Shown here one piece after another: positions 42,866-53,270 of a stretch of 64,000 nucleotides of DNA (positions are counted from its first letter, which is position 1; each line of letters begins with the position of its first letter). Position numbers and translations under genes: made by a program. The DNA is from an uncultured Verrucomicrobiae bacterium (lineage in GTDB: Bacteria > Verrucomicrobiota > Verrucomicrobiia > Chthoniobacterales > Terrimicrobiaceae), in contig CAVPOC010000002.1 of the NCBI GenBank assembly GCA_963706955.1, forward strand, positions 242,291 through 306,290. The letters run 5' to 3'. The notes beneath the pieces were generated by a model that worked only from the letters and a program-made list of their open reading frames with translations, was not told where the DNA came from and did not search any database.

Positions 42866-43495
42866 ATGCTAGATCTTGTCCAAAAAGGTGGGCCGCTGAT
42901 GTGGCTCATCATTCTCTGCAGTATCACCGCCCTGGGAATTTTCCTGGAGAGGCTTCTCTATCTTCACAGAGCTTCAATCCCGGTCGGAGACCTGCTTCGT
43001 GGGCTGGCTAACGTTCTGCGCAACGAGAACTACGCCGAGGCTCTGCAGGAGTGTGCGGGAACGCCCGGGCCGGTTGCCCGTGTGGCACATGCGGTCATTT
43101 TGCATCACGAGGCGCCGCGTTCGGAGCTTCGTGAAGTCGCTCAAGAGGCGGGGCAGCTGGAGGTGCCGCGACTGGAACAAAATCTTCCCTTACTCGCGAC
43201 GATCGCCTATGCGACCCCGCTGATCGGTCTGTTGGGAACACTGCTTGGTCTTCTCGTTGCTTTTCAGCAAATGGCCGCCCATAGCGGCTATGCGACCGCA
43301 ACGGATATCGCCTCAGGAGTTTACGAGAGCTTGCTTACGTCGATCGCATCCCTGGCGGTAGCGATTCCCGCGTTCGTTGCCTACAGCTATCTCTCGGCGC
43401 GCGTAAACACAATTGTCCACGAGATGGAGCGGGCTGGAATCGAGATTCTGGCGATCCTGGATGAGGTGCGAAGGCAGAAACGGCCGAAAACGTGA
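42866..43495 (+). CDS. MotA/TolQ/ExbB proton channel
   Basis: KGGPLMW, LATIAYATPLIGLLGT, GVYESLLT, VAIPA. Confidence 0.93.
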   Translation: MLDLVQKGGPLMWLIILCSITALGIFLERLLYLHRASIPVGDLLRGLANVLRNENYAEALQECAGTPGPVARVAHAVILHHEAPRSELREVAQEAGQLEVPRLEQNLPLLATIAYATPLIGLLGTLLGLLVAFQQMAAHSGYATATDIASGVYESLLTSIASLAVAIPAFVAYSYLSARVNTIVHEMERAGIEILAILDEVRRQKRPKT

Positions 43496-43905
43496 AACTT
43501 CGGCGTTCACCTGCTCCACATCCGGTCTTGGTTGTCTTTGCTCCAGCACTTGGTCTTGCCCTGATATTGATTTTTTTCCTTCTGTTGGGGACTTCATTCA
43601 TGCTGCAGCCCGGCGTGGCGATCGATGTTCCGCGCTCGCCGTTTCTCCTCTCGCCGCAGCGGAATCCGCGGATGATAAGTATCACGGCACCACCGCTTTC
43701 AGCCGTTTTCTTTGAGAACGAAGAGATGGATCTTCCGCGGTTGCGCGAAGCTCTCCAGAAATTGCAGGGTCGGTCGCAGACGATCATCATCAAGGCCGAC
43801 AAGCGCGCGCTTTATGAGAATGTAAGCGCGGTCATGAACGTGGCGCTGGAGACAGGCTTCCCTGTCGTCCTCGCGACCGCCGAGGAGCAAGGAGAGGGTC
43901 TGTGA
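43492..43905 (+). CDS. ExbD/TolR family protein (divergent TM)
   Basis: LLGTSFMLQPG, IIIKADK, VVLAT; overlaps exbB stop. Confidence 0.8.
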   Translation: MKLRRSPAPHPVLVVFAPALGLALILIFFLLLGTSFMLQPGVAIDVPRSPFLLSPQRNPRMISITAPPLSAVFFENEEMDLPRLREALQKLQGRSQTIIIKADKRALYENVSAVMNVALETGFPVVLATAEEQGEGL

Positions 43906-44654
43906 AGCTTCGCATCCATTTGTTCGAGTGGCCCTCCCGCCACAACGTACATTTGGCTCTGCCGCTCATGCTCGTGCTGTCGTTCGCTCTGCATGCGGCG
44001 AGCATGTTCCTCTTTCACACTAGCTTTCCTCGATCGAATGGCAGCGCCGAGCGCATCGCTTCAGTTACTTACATTTTACCGGGCTCGCCGGAAGCTTCCA
44101 AGCTTGCCCCGATTCTTGCAGCGTCGGATCCGGCACTATTCTCATCCGCGGATGTCGGTCCGAACGTCTGGAATCTGCCCAAGACATCCTACGTGGCGAG
44201 CTTTGACGAAGAAACTCCCGAGTTGAAACCGTTGCCACGGCCGGGTCCGTCCGAGTTCCTTCCCCCAGATCCAGGCACCGCGCCGGTCACCGTGGCTACG
44301 ATTGTGCCCAAGGCGAGTCCAGTTTCCCAGCCGGCTCCGCCCACGACCCTGCAGTTTGGAGGCGGATTGGAAAAGCGCGCCTGGACTCCGCCGGAAGGAT
44401 TCAAATTCTCCGATGTGAGGGCCTTAACGCAGCAAGGGCGAGCCCCCGCCGAATTCCTGGTCGCGGTCTCGCCCGACGGTCGGCCGTTACATTTCTTCCC
44501 GCAACAATCTTCGGGGGACGAAAACCTCGATCGAGCGGCCATTCGTTACCTTGCGGGCGGCCGGTTCGCGCCCGCTCCCTCGGAGACTGAACCGGCCTGG
44601 GGCACCGCCCTGTTTCTCTGGGGAGGTGATATTGCCACGGAGACTCAGCCATGA
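43902..44654 (+). CDS. TonB-like energy transducer
   Basis: TM with SFALH motif, Pro-rich linker, FLVAVSPDG...SSGDENLDRAA. Confidence 0.7.
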   Translation: MKLRIHLFEWPSRHNVHLALPLMLVLSFALHAASMFLFHTSFPRSNGSAERIASVTYILPGSPEASKLAPILAASDPALFSSADVGPNVWNLPKTSYVASFDEETPELKPLPRPGPSEFLPPDPGTAPVTVATIVPKASPVSQPAPPTTLQFGGGLEKRAWTPPEGFKFSDVRALTQQGRAPAEFLVAVSPDGRPLHFFPQQSSGDENLDRAAIRYLAGGRFAPAPSETEPAWGTALFLWGGDIATETQP

Positions 44655-44890
44655 TTCGCGTCGACCTCGCAGAACTGGTTTGCATCTACCTGGTGGTTTT
44701 TCTTGCCGCAATTTTGGCTGTTTGGATAGCCTACGAGATGGCTCGGAGAGTTCGCGAAAACCGCTCTCGTCGCGGGTGGCTGCGCTGCAGCGTTTGCGCG
44801 ATGGAGTTCGAAGATCTCACCCCCGAAGGTCTCCCACGCTGTCCACGTTGCGACAGCCTTAACGAACGAGAAAAATTGAAAGTGTACTGA
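44651..44890 (+). CDS. Small membrane protein with Zn-ribbon
   Basis: One TM then CSVC...CPRC. Confidence 0.75.
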   Translation: MIRVDLAELVCIYLVVFLAAILAVWIAYEMARRVRENRSRRGWLRCSVCAMEFEDLTPEGLPRCPRCDSLNEREKLKVY

Positions 44891-44891
44891 A

Positions 44892-46070
44892 ATGGGAATG
44901 TGGATTGGAAGGAACCGAAAGGCCCGCGTCACCTATGGCTTCGATGAGATCGCGCTGGTGCCTGGGGATATCACCATAAATCCGAATGAGGTTGACATCT
45001 CGTTCCGAATTCCGCGGCGGGACGGTGAGCCGATCACGCTTAAAATTCCCATTCTGGCCAGTGCGATGGATGGGGTCGTCGACGTCAAGATGGCGATCGC
45101 CATGGGAGAGCTCGGCGGCCTGGGGGTGCTCAACCTTGAAGGGGTCCAAACTCGCTATGAGAACCCCGATGAGGTCCTCGCCGAGGTCGTTTCGGCGGAT
45201 AAGGAGAAGGCGACCACCATGATCCAAAAGCTCTACCAGGAGCCCATCCGCGAGGATCTGATTGCCCGCCGTGTGCAAGAAATAAAGAGCGCCGGCGTGG
45301 TTTGTTCAGTCAGCTCGATTCCGCAGAAGGCGGAGCGCTATGGCGCCATCGCCCAGGAAGCCGGCGTGGACGTTTTTGTTGTCCAGTCGACCGTCTCGAC
45401 GGTCCGGCACATTTCCACCGAGTATAAGACGCTCGATATCGAAAAATTCTGCGCTTCGATGAAGGTGCCGGTAATTGTTGGCAACACGGTTACTTTCAAT
45501 GCGACTCGCGAGATCATGCAAACGGGAGTGGCCGCTGTTTTGATTGGCGTCGGTCCGGGAGCCGCCTGCACGTCCCGTGGTGTGCTCGGCCTGGGTGTTC
45601 CCCAGGTGACTGCGACTGCTGACTGCGCGGCGGCGCGCGATTACCATTTCAAGAGGAGCGGGCGCTACGTTCCGATCATCACGGATGGAGGCATGAGTAA
45701 GGGAGGTGATGTTTGCAAGGCCCTCGCGTGTGGGTCGGATGCGGTTATGGTGGGAAGTGCATTTGCGAAAGCCGAAGAGGCGCCCGGCAAGGGCACGCAT
45801 TGGGGCATGGCGACGCCGCATGCCAATCTTCCTCGCGGCACTCGCATCAAGGTGGGCATCACCGGCAGCCTCAAACAAATTCTCTTCGGGCCCGCTCAGG
45901 TCGACGATGGCAGCCAGAATCTTGTCGGCGCCATCACAACTTGTATGGGTAACGTTGGCGCGGCGAGCATTCGGGAGTTTCAGGAGACGGAGATCATTAT
46001 TGCGCCCTCCATTAAGACCGAGGGAAAGCTCTTTCAGGTTGTGCAAAGCGTTGGAATGGGCACAAAGTAA
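44892..46070 (+). CDS. GuaB3-family IMP dehydrogenase-related protein
   Basis: YGFDEIALVPG, ASAMDGV, GVGPGAACTSR, ITDGG, HWGMATP; no CBS domains. Confidence 0.93.
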   Translation: MGMWIGRNRKARVTYGFDEIALVPGDITINPNEVDISFRIPRRDGEPITLKIPILASAMDGVVDVKMAIAMGELGGLGVLNLEGVQTRYENPDEVLAEVVSADKEKATTMIQKLYQEPIREDLIARRVQEIKSAGVVCSVSSIPQKAERYGAIAQEAGVDVFVVQSTVSTVRHISTEYKTLDIEKFCASMKVPVIVGNTVTFNATREIMQTGVAAVLIGVGPGAACTSRGVLGLGVPQVTATADCAAARDYHFKRSGRYVPIITDGGMSKGGDVCKALACGSDAVMVGSAFAKAEEAPGKGTHWGMATPHANLPRGTRIKVGITGSLKQILFGPAQVDDGSQNLVGAITTCMGNVGAASIREFQETEIIIAPSIKTEGKLFQVVQSVGMGTK

Positions 46071-46137
46071 CTTTTTGATTGCCAACCTGTGGCCTAACCC
46101 GCTGAGTTAGAGACTCCCCAAGCCCAAGCATAATTCG

Positions 46138-47385
46138 ATGAGCGAGCGCAGAGTAGTGGTCACCGGAATCGGCATAATCACCCCGGTTGGCAACGACCTG
46201 GATACCTTCTGGAAAAATCTGACGGAAGGTCGGAGTGGTGTTACCAAATACAAGGCGTTCGACTCGACGGCCTACGACTGCAAGATTGCCGGCGAGGTGG
46301 CCGGTTTCGATCCGACCAAGTATTTCAGGTCGCCCAAGGATGCTCGGCGCGCTGATCGCTTTGCGCAATTCGCGATGGCCGCCGCCAAGATAGCTTTGGC
46401 CGACTCGGGGATCGATCTCGAGACGGTAAATCACGAGCGCTTTGGCGTGATGGTGGGTAGCGGCATCGGGGGCCTCAAGAGCATGGAGGAGGAATGTCGC
46501 CGACTATTTGACCGCGGCCCTTCGCGGGTATCCCCCTTCACTATTGCCATGATGATCAGCAACATGGCTAGCGGGTTGGTTTCCATGGAATACGACCTGC
46601 GCGGACCCAACATGTCGATCGTCACTGCCTGTGCCACCGCCAACCACTCGATCGGAGAGGCTTGGCGGATGATCAAGTTCGATGACGCAGACTGCTTTGT
46701 TGCGGGAGGAACCGAAGCGACCATTACCGAGCTGGGCATCGGTGGCTTTTCCGCGATGCGCGCTCTCTCCTTGCGCAACAATGAACCGGAACGTGCCTCC
46801 CGTCCTTTTGACAAGGATCGCGATGGCTTCGTTATGGGGGAGGGTGCGGGTCTGGTCGTTCTTGAAGAGCTCGAACACGCCAAAAAACGCGGGGCGAAGA
46901 TCTATTGTGAGCTTTCAGGCTATGGGTTAAGCGCCGATGCTTATCACATGACGCAACCGCTGCCCGAAGGCGAGGGCGCAGCGCGCTGCATGCTCATGGC
47001 GATGCGTCATGCGAAGGTTAATCCTGACCAGGTTGACTACATCAACGCCCACGGGACTTCGACGCCGATTGGTGATGTTTGTGAGACGAAGGCGATCAAG
47101 CAGGCGCTCGGGGAGGCCGCCGGTAAAACGATGGTCAGCTCGACCAAGTCGATGACCGGGCACTTGCTCGGCGCGGCTGGCGGGGTGGAGTTCGCCGCCT
47201 GCGCGCTGGCGATAAAACATGGCGTTGTCCCGCCCACGATCAATCTCGAGGATCCCGATCCGGAATGCGATCTCGACTATGTGCCCAACACCGCGCGTGA
47301 AGGCAAAGTCAAGGTCGCCATGAGTAATTCGTTTGGATTTGGGGGGCACAATGCGACCCTGATCGCTTCAGAGTTCGTCGGCTAG
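46138..47385 (+). CDS. fabF: Beta-ketoacyl-ACP synthase II
   Basis: VTACAT, NAHGTST, KSMTGHLLGAAG, SNSFGFGGHN. Confidence 0.97.
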   Translation: MSERRVVVTGIGIITPVGNDLDTFWKNLTEGRSGVTKYKAFDSTAYDCKIAGEVAGFDPTKYFRSPKDARRADRFAQFAMAAAKIALADSGIDLETVNHERFGVMVGSGIGGLKSMEEECRRLFDRGPSRVSPFTIAMMISNMASGLVSMEYDLRGPNMSIVTACATANHSIGEAWRMIKFDDADCFVAGGTEATITELGIGGFSAMRALSLRNNEPERASRPFDKDRDGFVMGEGAGLVVLEELEHAKKRGAKIYCELSGYGLSADAYHMTQPLPEGEGAARCMLMAMRHAKVNPDQVDYINAHGTSTPIGDVCETKAIKQALGEAAGKTMVSSTKSMTGHLLGAAGGVEFAACALAIKHGVVPPTINLEDPDPECDLDYVPNTAREGKVKVAMSNSFGFGGHNATLIASEFVG

Positions 47386-47419
47386 GGCAGCTCTAAAACC
47401 TCCGCTGAAGTCGCGTTCG

Positions 47420-47712
47420 GTAGCGACCGTGTCCCCACGGTCGATTCGAGACTTGTGGAGGCGCTTGTGCCAAGCGCCTGTGGATTTCGCTTCGCGCTTC
47501 CATTCGTTCCACAGCATTTGGGTAGGCGCGCCTCTCACGTGTAACGAAAAGAGATCTAAACTTCGGGCCTGCTGTTGGTTCTGGAGAGCGCATTCGCCTA
47601 TGCGAATCCCCGCATGCGATTTCCGGCGTGTCGCCGGACACCACACGCGAGACGCAGCGGGAGGCGTATGACTGTCGAGGGCTCGTTCGGCGATGAGGAC
47701 TTCGCCGCTACA
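47420..47712. repeat. Composite REP cluster between convergent fabF and nuoH
   Basis: GTAGCGACCGTGTCCCCACGGTCG, GCCAAGCGCCTGTGG, GGAG-type unit, CGGCGATGAGGACTTCGCCGCTACA. Confidence 0.75.
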
Positions 47713-47722
47713 GTAGTCCACG

Positions 47723-48958
47723 CTAGATTTTCACGTAGGCGAGGACTAGCGCGGTGATGAAGATGTTGAGCAGGGCGATTTCGAAGAAGAAGTACCACCC
47801 GAGCCTCATGAGTTGATCGTAGCGGAAGCGCGGCAAAGTCCAACGCACCCAGATAAAGACAAAGAGTAGGATTGAAACCTTGGCGAAGAACGTCCCGATG
47901 TTCACCAAGCCCCAGATCACGCTCGCTGCCGCTGGCGAGATGAAGGGCAGGTTGAAAAACGACATCGCGGACCCATCCGGGATCAACGGAAAACTCCAGC
48001 CGCCAAGAAACAGGGTCACGATGACCCCGGAGCCTGCGATCATGGCAGCGTATTCGCCGAGAAAGAAGAGCGCGAAGCCCATCGAGGAATACTCAGTGTG
48101 GTAACCGCCCACGAGCTCTTGCTCGGCCTCCGGAAGGTCGAATGGAAGCCGGTTCGTCTCCGCAAACATGGCGATGAGGAAAACGAAGAAGGAGACGACC
48201 ATCGGAATCCAGATCAAGAGGCGTTGAAGCGAGAATCCGGCAGCGAAGGATGCCAGGACGCCCTGCCAGTCTCCTTCGGCGATTTGCTGAATGCTGAATC
48301 CCTTCGGCCACCATGGGAAAATCATCCAGCCATGGTCGCGCTGCCACTGGACAATGTCGGGCAGGTTAAGGGTTCCGCAGAGCAGGAATACGGGGATGAC
48401 CGACAGTCCCAAGGCAAGCTCGTAGGAGATCATTTGCGAGCTGGAGCGAATGCCGCCAAGGAAAGGATACTTCGAATTTGACGCCCAGCCTGCCAGAACG
48501 ATGCCGTAAACCCCAAGGGAGGACACCGCAAAGACGTACAAGACGCCGACATTGATGTCGGCAATCACCATCGGAACTCCGAAGAGCGTCGAGCCGAATG
48601 GCAACACCGCCAGCACAAGGATCGGTGGGATCATCGTAAGCTTCGGCGCGATGTAATAGTAGAACTTGTTAACGCTGTTCGGGATGAAGTTTTCCTTCAA
48701 GAGGAGCTTGAGAGCATCGGCGATTGGCTGTCCGAGGCCCAGCATAGGGATGTCCTTTTTGAAGCCGAGCAAGGTCAAGGGTAGGCCAACCCGGTTGGGT
48801 CCGACGCGATCCTGAATGAACGCGCACACCTTGCGCTCCGCATAAACCGTGTAGGAGACGAATCCCAGGATGATCGCCAGCAGGACCACCGTCTTGAGCA
48901 GCGAAGTCCAGATGAAGAACACTTCCGGTCGAGAGGCGTAGGAAACAAAGTCACTCAC
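47723..48958 (-). CDS. nuoH: NADH-quinone oxidoreductase subunit H
   Basis: AERKV..IQDRVGPNRVG, GWASNSKY, AETNRLPFDLPEAEQEL, RWTLPRFRYDQLM. Confidence 0.97.
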   Translation of the reverse strand: MSDFVSYASRPEVFFIWTSLLKTVVLLAIILGFVSYTVYAERKVCAFIQDRVGPNRVGLPLTLLGFKKDIPMLGLGQPIADALKLLLKENFIPNSVNKFYYYIAPKLTMIPPILVLAVLPFGSTLFGVPMVIADINVGVLYVFAVSSLGVYGIVLAGWASNSKYPFLGGIRSSSQMISYELALGLSVIPVFLLCGTLNLPDIVQWQRDHGWMIFPWWPKGFSIQQIAEGDWQGVLASFAAGFSLQRLLIWIPMVVSFFVFLIAMFAETNRLPFDLPEAEQELVGGYHTEYSSMGFALFFLGEYAAMIAGSGVIVTLFLGGWSFPLIPDGSAMSFFNLPFISPAAASVIWGLVNIGTFFAKVSILLFVFIWVRWTLPRFRYDQLMRLGWYFFFEIALLNIFITALVLAYVKI

Positions 48959-50645
48959 GAGCGGCGAGGTCCTTCGATTTCTGGTTCACGCGCGAGGCGC
49001 TTTCGTTGGATAGCGGAAGTTTTTCTGAGAGATCGATTCCGAGATCGCCGATCCGGCTGAGCGAGAGTCCTGCCAAGGCGGGAAACTCCGCGGCAACCTG
49101 CTTGAAAAGTTCGTCTACCGTGTAGGTGCCATTCGAACCACTGACCGCCTGGAGCAGGTCTTGCAGAATTTCCCAGTCATCGCGAGCCTTGCCAGGTGAA
49201 GAGATCGCCTGGTTGAGGCGCTGGAGGCGCCCTTTAATGTTAATCATCGAGCCGCGCTTCTCTGCCCAGCTCGCCGCGGGCAGCAGCACAGTTGCCGCAG
49301 CGGTAGTCTGGTCGGGCAATATGCCGGTGACCACAAGAGACTCGAGCTTTCGAAGATCTTGTTCTGGAATTCCGCACTCGGAGGCGTCCTCGCCGAGGAC
49401 GAGCAGAGATTTGATCGTCCCAGAGGAGACGCCCGAGGCGATCTCGGGCATTCGCCCGGTGGCAAGTCCGATGAGCTTTGCCCCGGAAGTGTTCGGATTC
49501 CCGTCGTCCGAGATCAGGAAGCCATCGCCCTCCTGCGGACGGGGCAGCACATCGAAGAGTTCGATATTGAGGGCGCGAGCAAGGCGTCGCGCGAGGAAGA
49601 GCTCTTCGTTGGTCATCCTCGCGGAAGCGATCATGGCGGTCGCGTTCGGATAAGCGATGAGCTGCTCAGCGGCGGTTCGGATCGCCCTCGGCCAGCTCGT
49701 CGGCAAATCTTCGCCTTTGATGATCGGCTCTTTGAGGCGTTGAGTGCTGTTGACGTAATGAAAATTCAGCCGATGACTGTCGGGCATCCAACACGAATTG
49801 ACGAAGTCGTTTTCGCGCGGAGTAATCCGGTAAATGATGTTCTCACGGCTTCCGATAAGAATGTTGGTGCCATTGCCGCAGTTGACGTCGATGCTCTTGG
49901 TCTCGCGGAGAAACCAGACCCGCATGCTGAAACGGAAATCTTTCGAAGTCAGCGCGCCCACCGGACAGATGTCGACCGTGTTCAGTGAGTAATTATTGTC
50001 GAGCTTCTTGCCCGGATAGACGGTGAGAGTAGTATGGCTTCCGCGATTGACGAATCCCAGAACGTCATCGTGGGCGATTTCCTGCATGAAACGAATGCAG
50101 CGCGAGCAGAGGATACACCTTTCGTCATCCAGGACGATGCGCGGACCAATATCGACCCGTTTGGGCTTCTTGACCTTCTCCTCGATAAAGCGCGATTCCC
50201 CGTTGCCAAATTCCACCGAAAATTCTTGAAGCCGGCATTCGCCTGCCTGGTCGCAAATCGGACAATCCAGAGGGTGATTGATGAGGAGAAATTCCATCAC
50301 GCCTTTGCGGCATTCTTGGGCGAGCGGCGATTCGGTGCGCACCGCCATGCCGTCACTGATCTCGGTCGCGCACGAAATCGCTGGGCGCGGGCTCCAGGCG
50401 ATCTCTGGACGGCCGTCGGCGCCAAGCACTGGCTTGCGTTCCGGGGTCATTTTCGGCATGCCTAGTTCAACCAGGCACATGCGGCAATTCCCCGGCGAGC
50501 TCAGCTTGGGATGGTAGCAATAGTGCGGTATAAAGTGGCCGCTCTTCATGCACGCCTCGATGAGCCGCGTCCCCTTGGGGAACTGCCTCCATTCCCCATC
50601 CACTTGCACGTTCAGCATCGGGACTTGGCTCGCCGTATCGCTCAT
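48951..50645 (-). CDS. nuoG: NADH-quinone oxidoreductase subunit G (short form)
   Basis: IPHYCYHP..GNCRMCLVE, NHPLDCPICDQAGEC, RCILCSRCIRF, DICPVGALT. Confidence 0.95.
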   Translation of the reverse strand: MSDTASQVPMLNVQVDGEWRQFPKGTRLIEACMKSGHFIPHYCYHPKLSSPGNCRMCLVELGMPKMTPERKPVLGADGRPEIAWSPRPAISCATEISDGMAVRTESPLAQECRKGVMEFLLINHPLDCPICDQAGECRLQEFSVEFGNGESRFIEEKVKKPKRVDIGPRIVLDDERCILCSRCIRFMQEIAHDDVLGFVNRGSHTTLTVYPGKKLDNNYSLNTVDICPVGALTSKDFRFSMRVWFLRETKSIDVNCGNGTNILIGSRENIIYRITPRENDFVNSCWMPDSHRLNFHYVNSTQRLKEPIIKGEDLPTSWPRAIRTAAEQLIAYPNATAMIASARMTNEELFLARRLARALNIELFDVLPRPQEGDGFLISDDGNPNTSGAKLIGLATGRMPEIASGVSSGTIKSLLVLGEDASECGIPEQDLRKLESLVVTGILPDQTTAAATVLLPAASWAEKRGSMINIKGRLQRLNQAISSPGKARDDWEILQDLLQAVSGSNGTYTVDELFKQVAAEFPALAGLSLSRIGDLGIDLSEKLPLSNESASRVNQKSKDLAARE

Positions 50646-50789
50646 CTTCGAGTTCCTTCCTCTCCTTTTAACAGCCGTTCGTCAAGTGGTGGGTAACGCA
50701 CCCAACCATCACGCGACCACCTTGACCGATCAGCAATACGAAGATTTGCATGGATAGCAGAACCAGAAATCCATCTCAGCGGCGTTCAA

Positions 50790-51089
50790 TTATGGTCGCA
50801 CTTTCGCATCGATCATCGAATGAACCTCAAACCTGAAGGCCGCTTGGGATGTAATCGCAGGGTCGTTGCTAGCAATGTCCTGCGCGGTCAATTCGTCTTC
50901 AACTTCCAAGACAGCAATTCCGTACGTTCCTTTCGGATCTAAAACAGGTCCGACCACGACGACCTTGAGTTCTTTCATCAAACCAAGCCAGTAAGCAACA
51001 TGCTCCTGCATGATTCTACCTTCAGCTTCTGTTATATCTCTTGGAAATGAGGGTCGAGGCGGAAGAAGCTTATAGAAGAAGTAATTCAT
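50790..51089 (-). CDS. YciI family protein
   Basis: MQEHVAYW, GPVLDPKG, NDPAI. Confidence 0.85.
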   Translation of the reverse strand: MNYFFYKLLPPRPSFPRDITEAEGRIMQEHVAYWLGLMKELKVVVVGPVLDPKGTYGIAVLEVEDELTAQDIASNDPAITSQAAFRFEVHSMIDAKVRP

Positions 51090-51233
51090 TGGACTCGTTG
51101 CTTGAGAACACAATCCTACTGGTGATGTCTTTTCATGCCGCAGTGGTTCGATAGGATTTTACACCCTGGCGGTGAGAGTCGCCGTCGCCGCGATCCGAAG
51201 TTTTCGCAGACTCGGGAAGAACTGTGTGAGACC

Positions 51234-52847
51234 TCATGCTTCGACTCCGAAATAGTGAGATACCTTGGGACGACCAGGACCCTGATGCAACTGGAGAGCG
51301 AGAGCCTCCAGTTCTCGATCTGCCATGGTCGTTCTTTCATGTTGCCGCAGGTGCTCGCCCCACGAAGCCAGCCTAAACAATTCCAGATAGCGTTCGGGTT
51401 GTTTCGCATCGTGATAGAGACGCCATCGCATCGCACCATCGCGCAGCCGGCGCTCTCGCAGCTGCCTCATCACCAGCCGAAACCGTTCCGCGTCTTCCAG
51501 AGCGACAAGATATTCGATGGTGACAAGAACGGGGCCGAAGTCGAGGTCCGCCTGAAGATCGGCATGTGCATCCGGCCAGTGCGTGGACGGCCGAAGGTCG
51601 ATCGTTTCGTCAATAATTAGCGGAAAGAATCGGATCAGGACGAGTCCGGCGATGAGACCGACTCCGGCAACCGCAAAACATTGCGAAGTGCCGATGACGC
51701 CGGCAAGCCATCCCCAGAGGGCTCCGTCGAGTGCGAGCACGCCTTGAAAGGCGAGCAGGTAAAATGCGAGCGCACGCCCGCGTACCCAGTCAGGCACGGA
51801 TGTTTGCACGGCCACGTTGAAGTTGATTAGCACGCCCACCCAGGCGGCGCCGGCGAAAAATAAGAATGCTCCGGCGACCAGCGGCCGAACGGTGAGACTC
51901 AAGCCGAAGAAAGCGACCGCGCCAATCACAGAGCCCATGGCCAGAATGCGATCCAGAGCAAAGCGGCTGCGCAATCGCGGCAGGGCAATTGCGGAGACGA
52001 TCGAGCCCACTCCAAACGCCGCCAAGAGGAGCCCGTAACCGCTCGCGGAAGTCTTTAAGACGTCGCGCGCCATCAGTGGCAGCAGTGGCCAAACAGCCGC
52101 CGCGCAAAGATTGAAGGCAATGGCTCGAATAATCGGCGCCTGCAGCCGGGGCGCGTGCAGCAAGTATCGAAAACCCGCGCGGATCGCTCCGAAAACATCT
52201 TCGCTCAGCCGCTTTGGGACCGCAGGCGGCCGTTTCCAGAAGAATACGGCCGCGACAACGGCAAGAAACGACGCGGCATTGGCAAAGAAGGCTGCGGCAG
52301 CGCCGAGCATGGCTACGAGAAAGCCACCCAAGGCAGGCCCGACAGCGCGGGCCACGTTAAAGGCGATACTATTCAGCGAAACGGCCGCGGCGACCCACGG
52401 TTTGGGGACCATGTCTTGCACAGTCGCCTGCCAGGTAGGAAGGCTGATAGCGCCGCCGAGCCCCAAACAAAAAGTCAAGGCGAGCAGGACCCACGGCGAG
52501 GCGAGCCCGAATAGCGTCAGCAGCCCGAGTGTCGCCGCCATGACCAGCATCCAGAGCTGAGACCAGAGGAGCAACGACTTCCGGTCGGCCAGATCCGCCA
52601 ACGCGCCAGCCAGCAGACCCACTAGGAAAATCGGCAGCGTTGCGGCTGTTTGCACCAAGCCGACCAGCGTCGTTGAGGGAGTCAGGAGCGTCATCAGCCA
52701 GGCCGCGCCAACGGACTGCATCAAGGTGCCGATATTTGATACAATGTTTGCCGCCCACATTGCGCGAAACGCCGGCAAGGTCAGGGGAGCCAGCAACGAT
52801 CCGCCAGAGTTTTGTCCGCCGGCAGGAGCAGTCGTCGGCTCACTCAT
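51234..52847 (-). CDS. MFS transporter (MFS_3/DUF894 with C-terminal soluble domain)
   Basis: FRAMWAAN..SNIG, NVARAVGPALGG, VPDWVRGR, RLRDGA, WGEHLRQHER. Confidence 0.93.
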   Translation of the reverse strand: MSEPTTAPAGGQNSGGSLLAPLTLPAFRAMWAANIVSNIGTLMQSVGAAWLMTLLTPSTTLVGLVQTAATLPIFLVGLLAGALADLADRKSLLLWSQLWMLVMAATLGLLTLFGLASPWVLLALTFCLGLGGAISLPTWQATVQDMVPKPWVAAAVSLNSIAFNVARAVGPALGGFLVAMLGAAAAFFANAASFLAVVAAVFFWKRPPAVPKRLSEDVFGAIRAGFRYLLHAPRLQAPIIRAIAFNLCAAAVWPLLPLMARDVLKTSASGYGLLLAAFGVGSIVSAIALPRLRSRFALDRILAMGSVIGAVAFFGLSLTVRPLVAGAFLFFAGAAWVGVLINFNVAVQTSVPDWVRGRALAFYLLAFQGVLALDGALWGWLAGVIGTSQCFAVAGVGLIAGLVLIRFFPLIIDETIDLRPSTHWPDAHADLQADLDFGPVLVTIEYLVALEDAERFRLVMRQLRERRLRDGAMRWRLYHDAKQPERYLELFRLASWGEHLRQHERTTMADRELEALALQLHQGPGRPKVSHYFGVEA

Positions 52848-52888
52848 GCATCAAGGCGGTTGTTCGGATGTGCTTGTCCTCGACGCTT

Positions 52889-53261
52889 TCACCAAAAAAA
52901 ACTGAGAACAAGGACGCCCAGAACCACCAGGCTGACGACGGTATAGAGCTTGTTCCGTTGAGCAGCGAAGCCGACTGCTGCAAAGGCGACGCGGATGAGC
53001 GGATTGATCAGCAACAGGACAACACCGATCATGATCAGGCTCCGGCGGTGCCCGACAGCAGTTCAGATCAAGGGCTCTCTGAAGCATCGACAGTGGGTTC
53101 TCGAAATATTTGGGCTCTCCGCTGAAGACATGGTCGCCGGTCGGCATCCCCTCGTGGGTCGCGACAAACCAAACCAGACCAGCCGCCATAATGGCTGCGG
53201 CCACGAGCACCCCCGTCAACATCACCCGCGCCAACGAGTTTTGGAGCTGCTTGTCGTTCAT
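52889..53261 (-). CDS. DUF1634 membrane protein (frameshifted)
   Basis: RVMLTGVLVAA..., typical partner of TauE/SafE; C-terminal TM in alternate frame. Confidence 0.7.
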
Positions 53262-53270
53262 TGATGAGGG

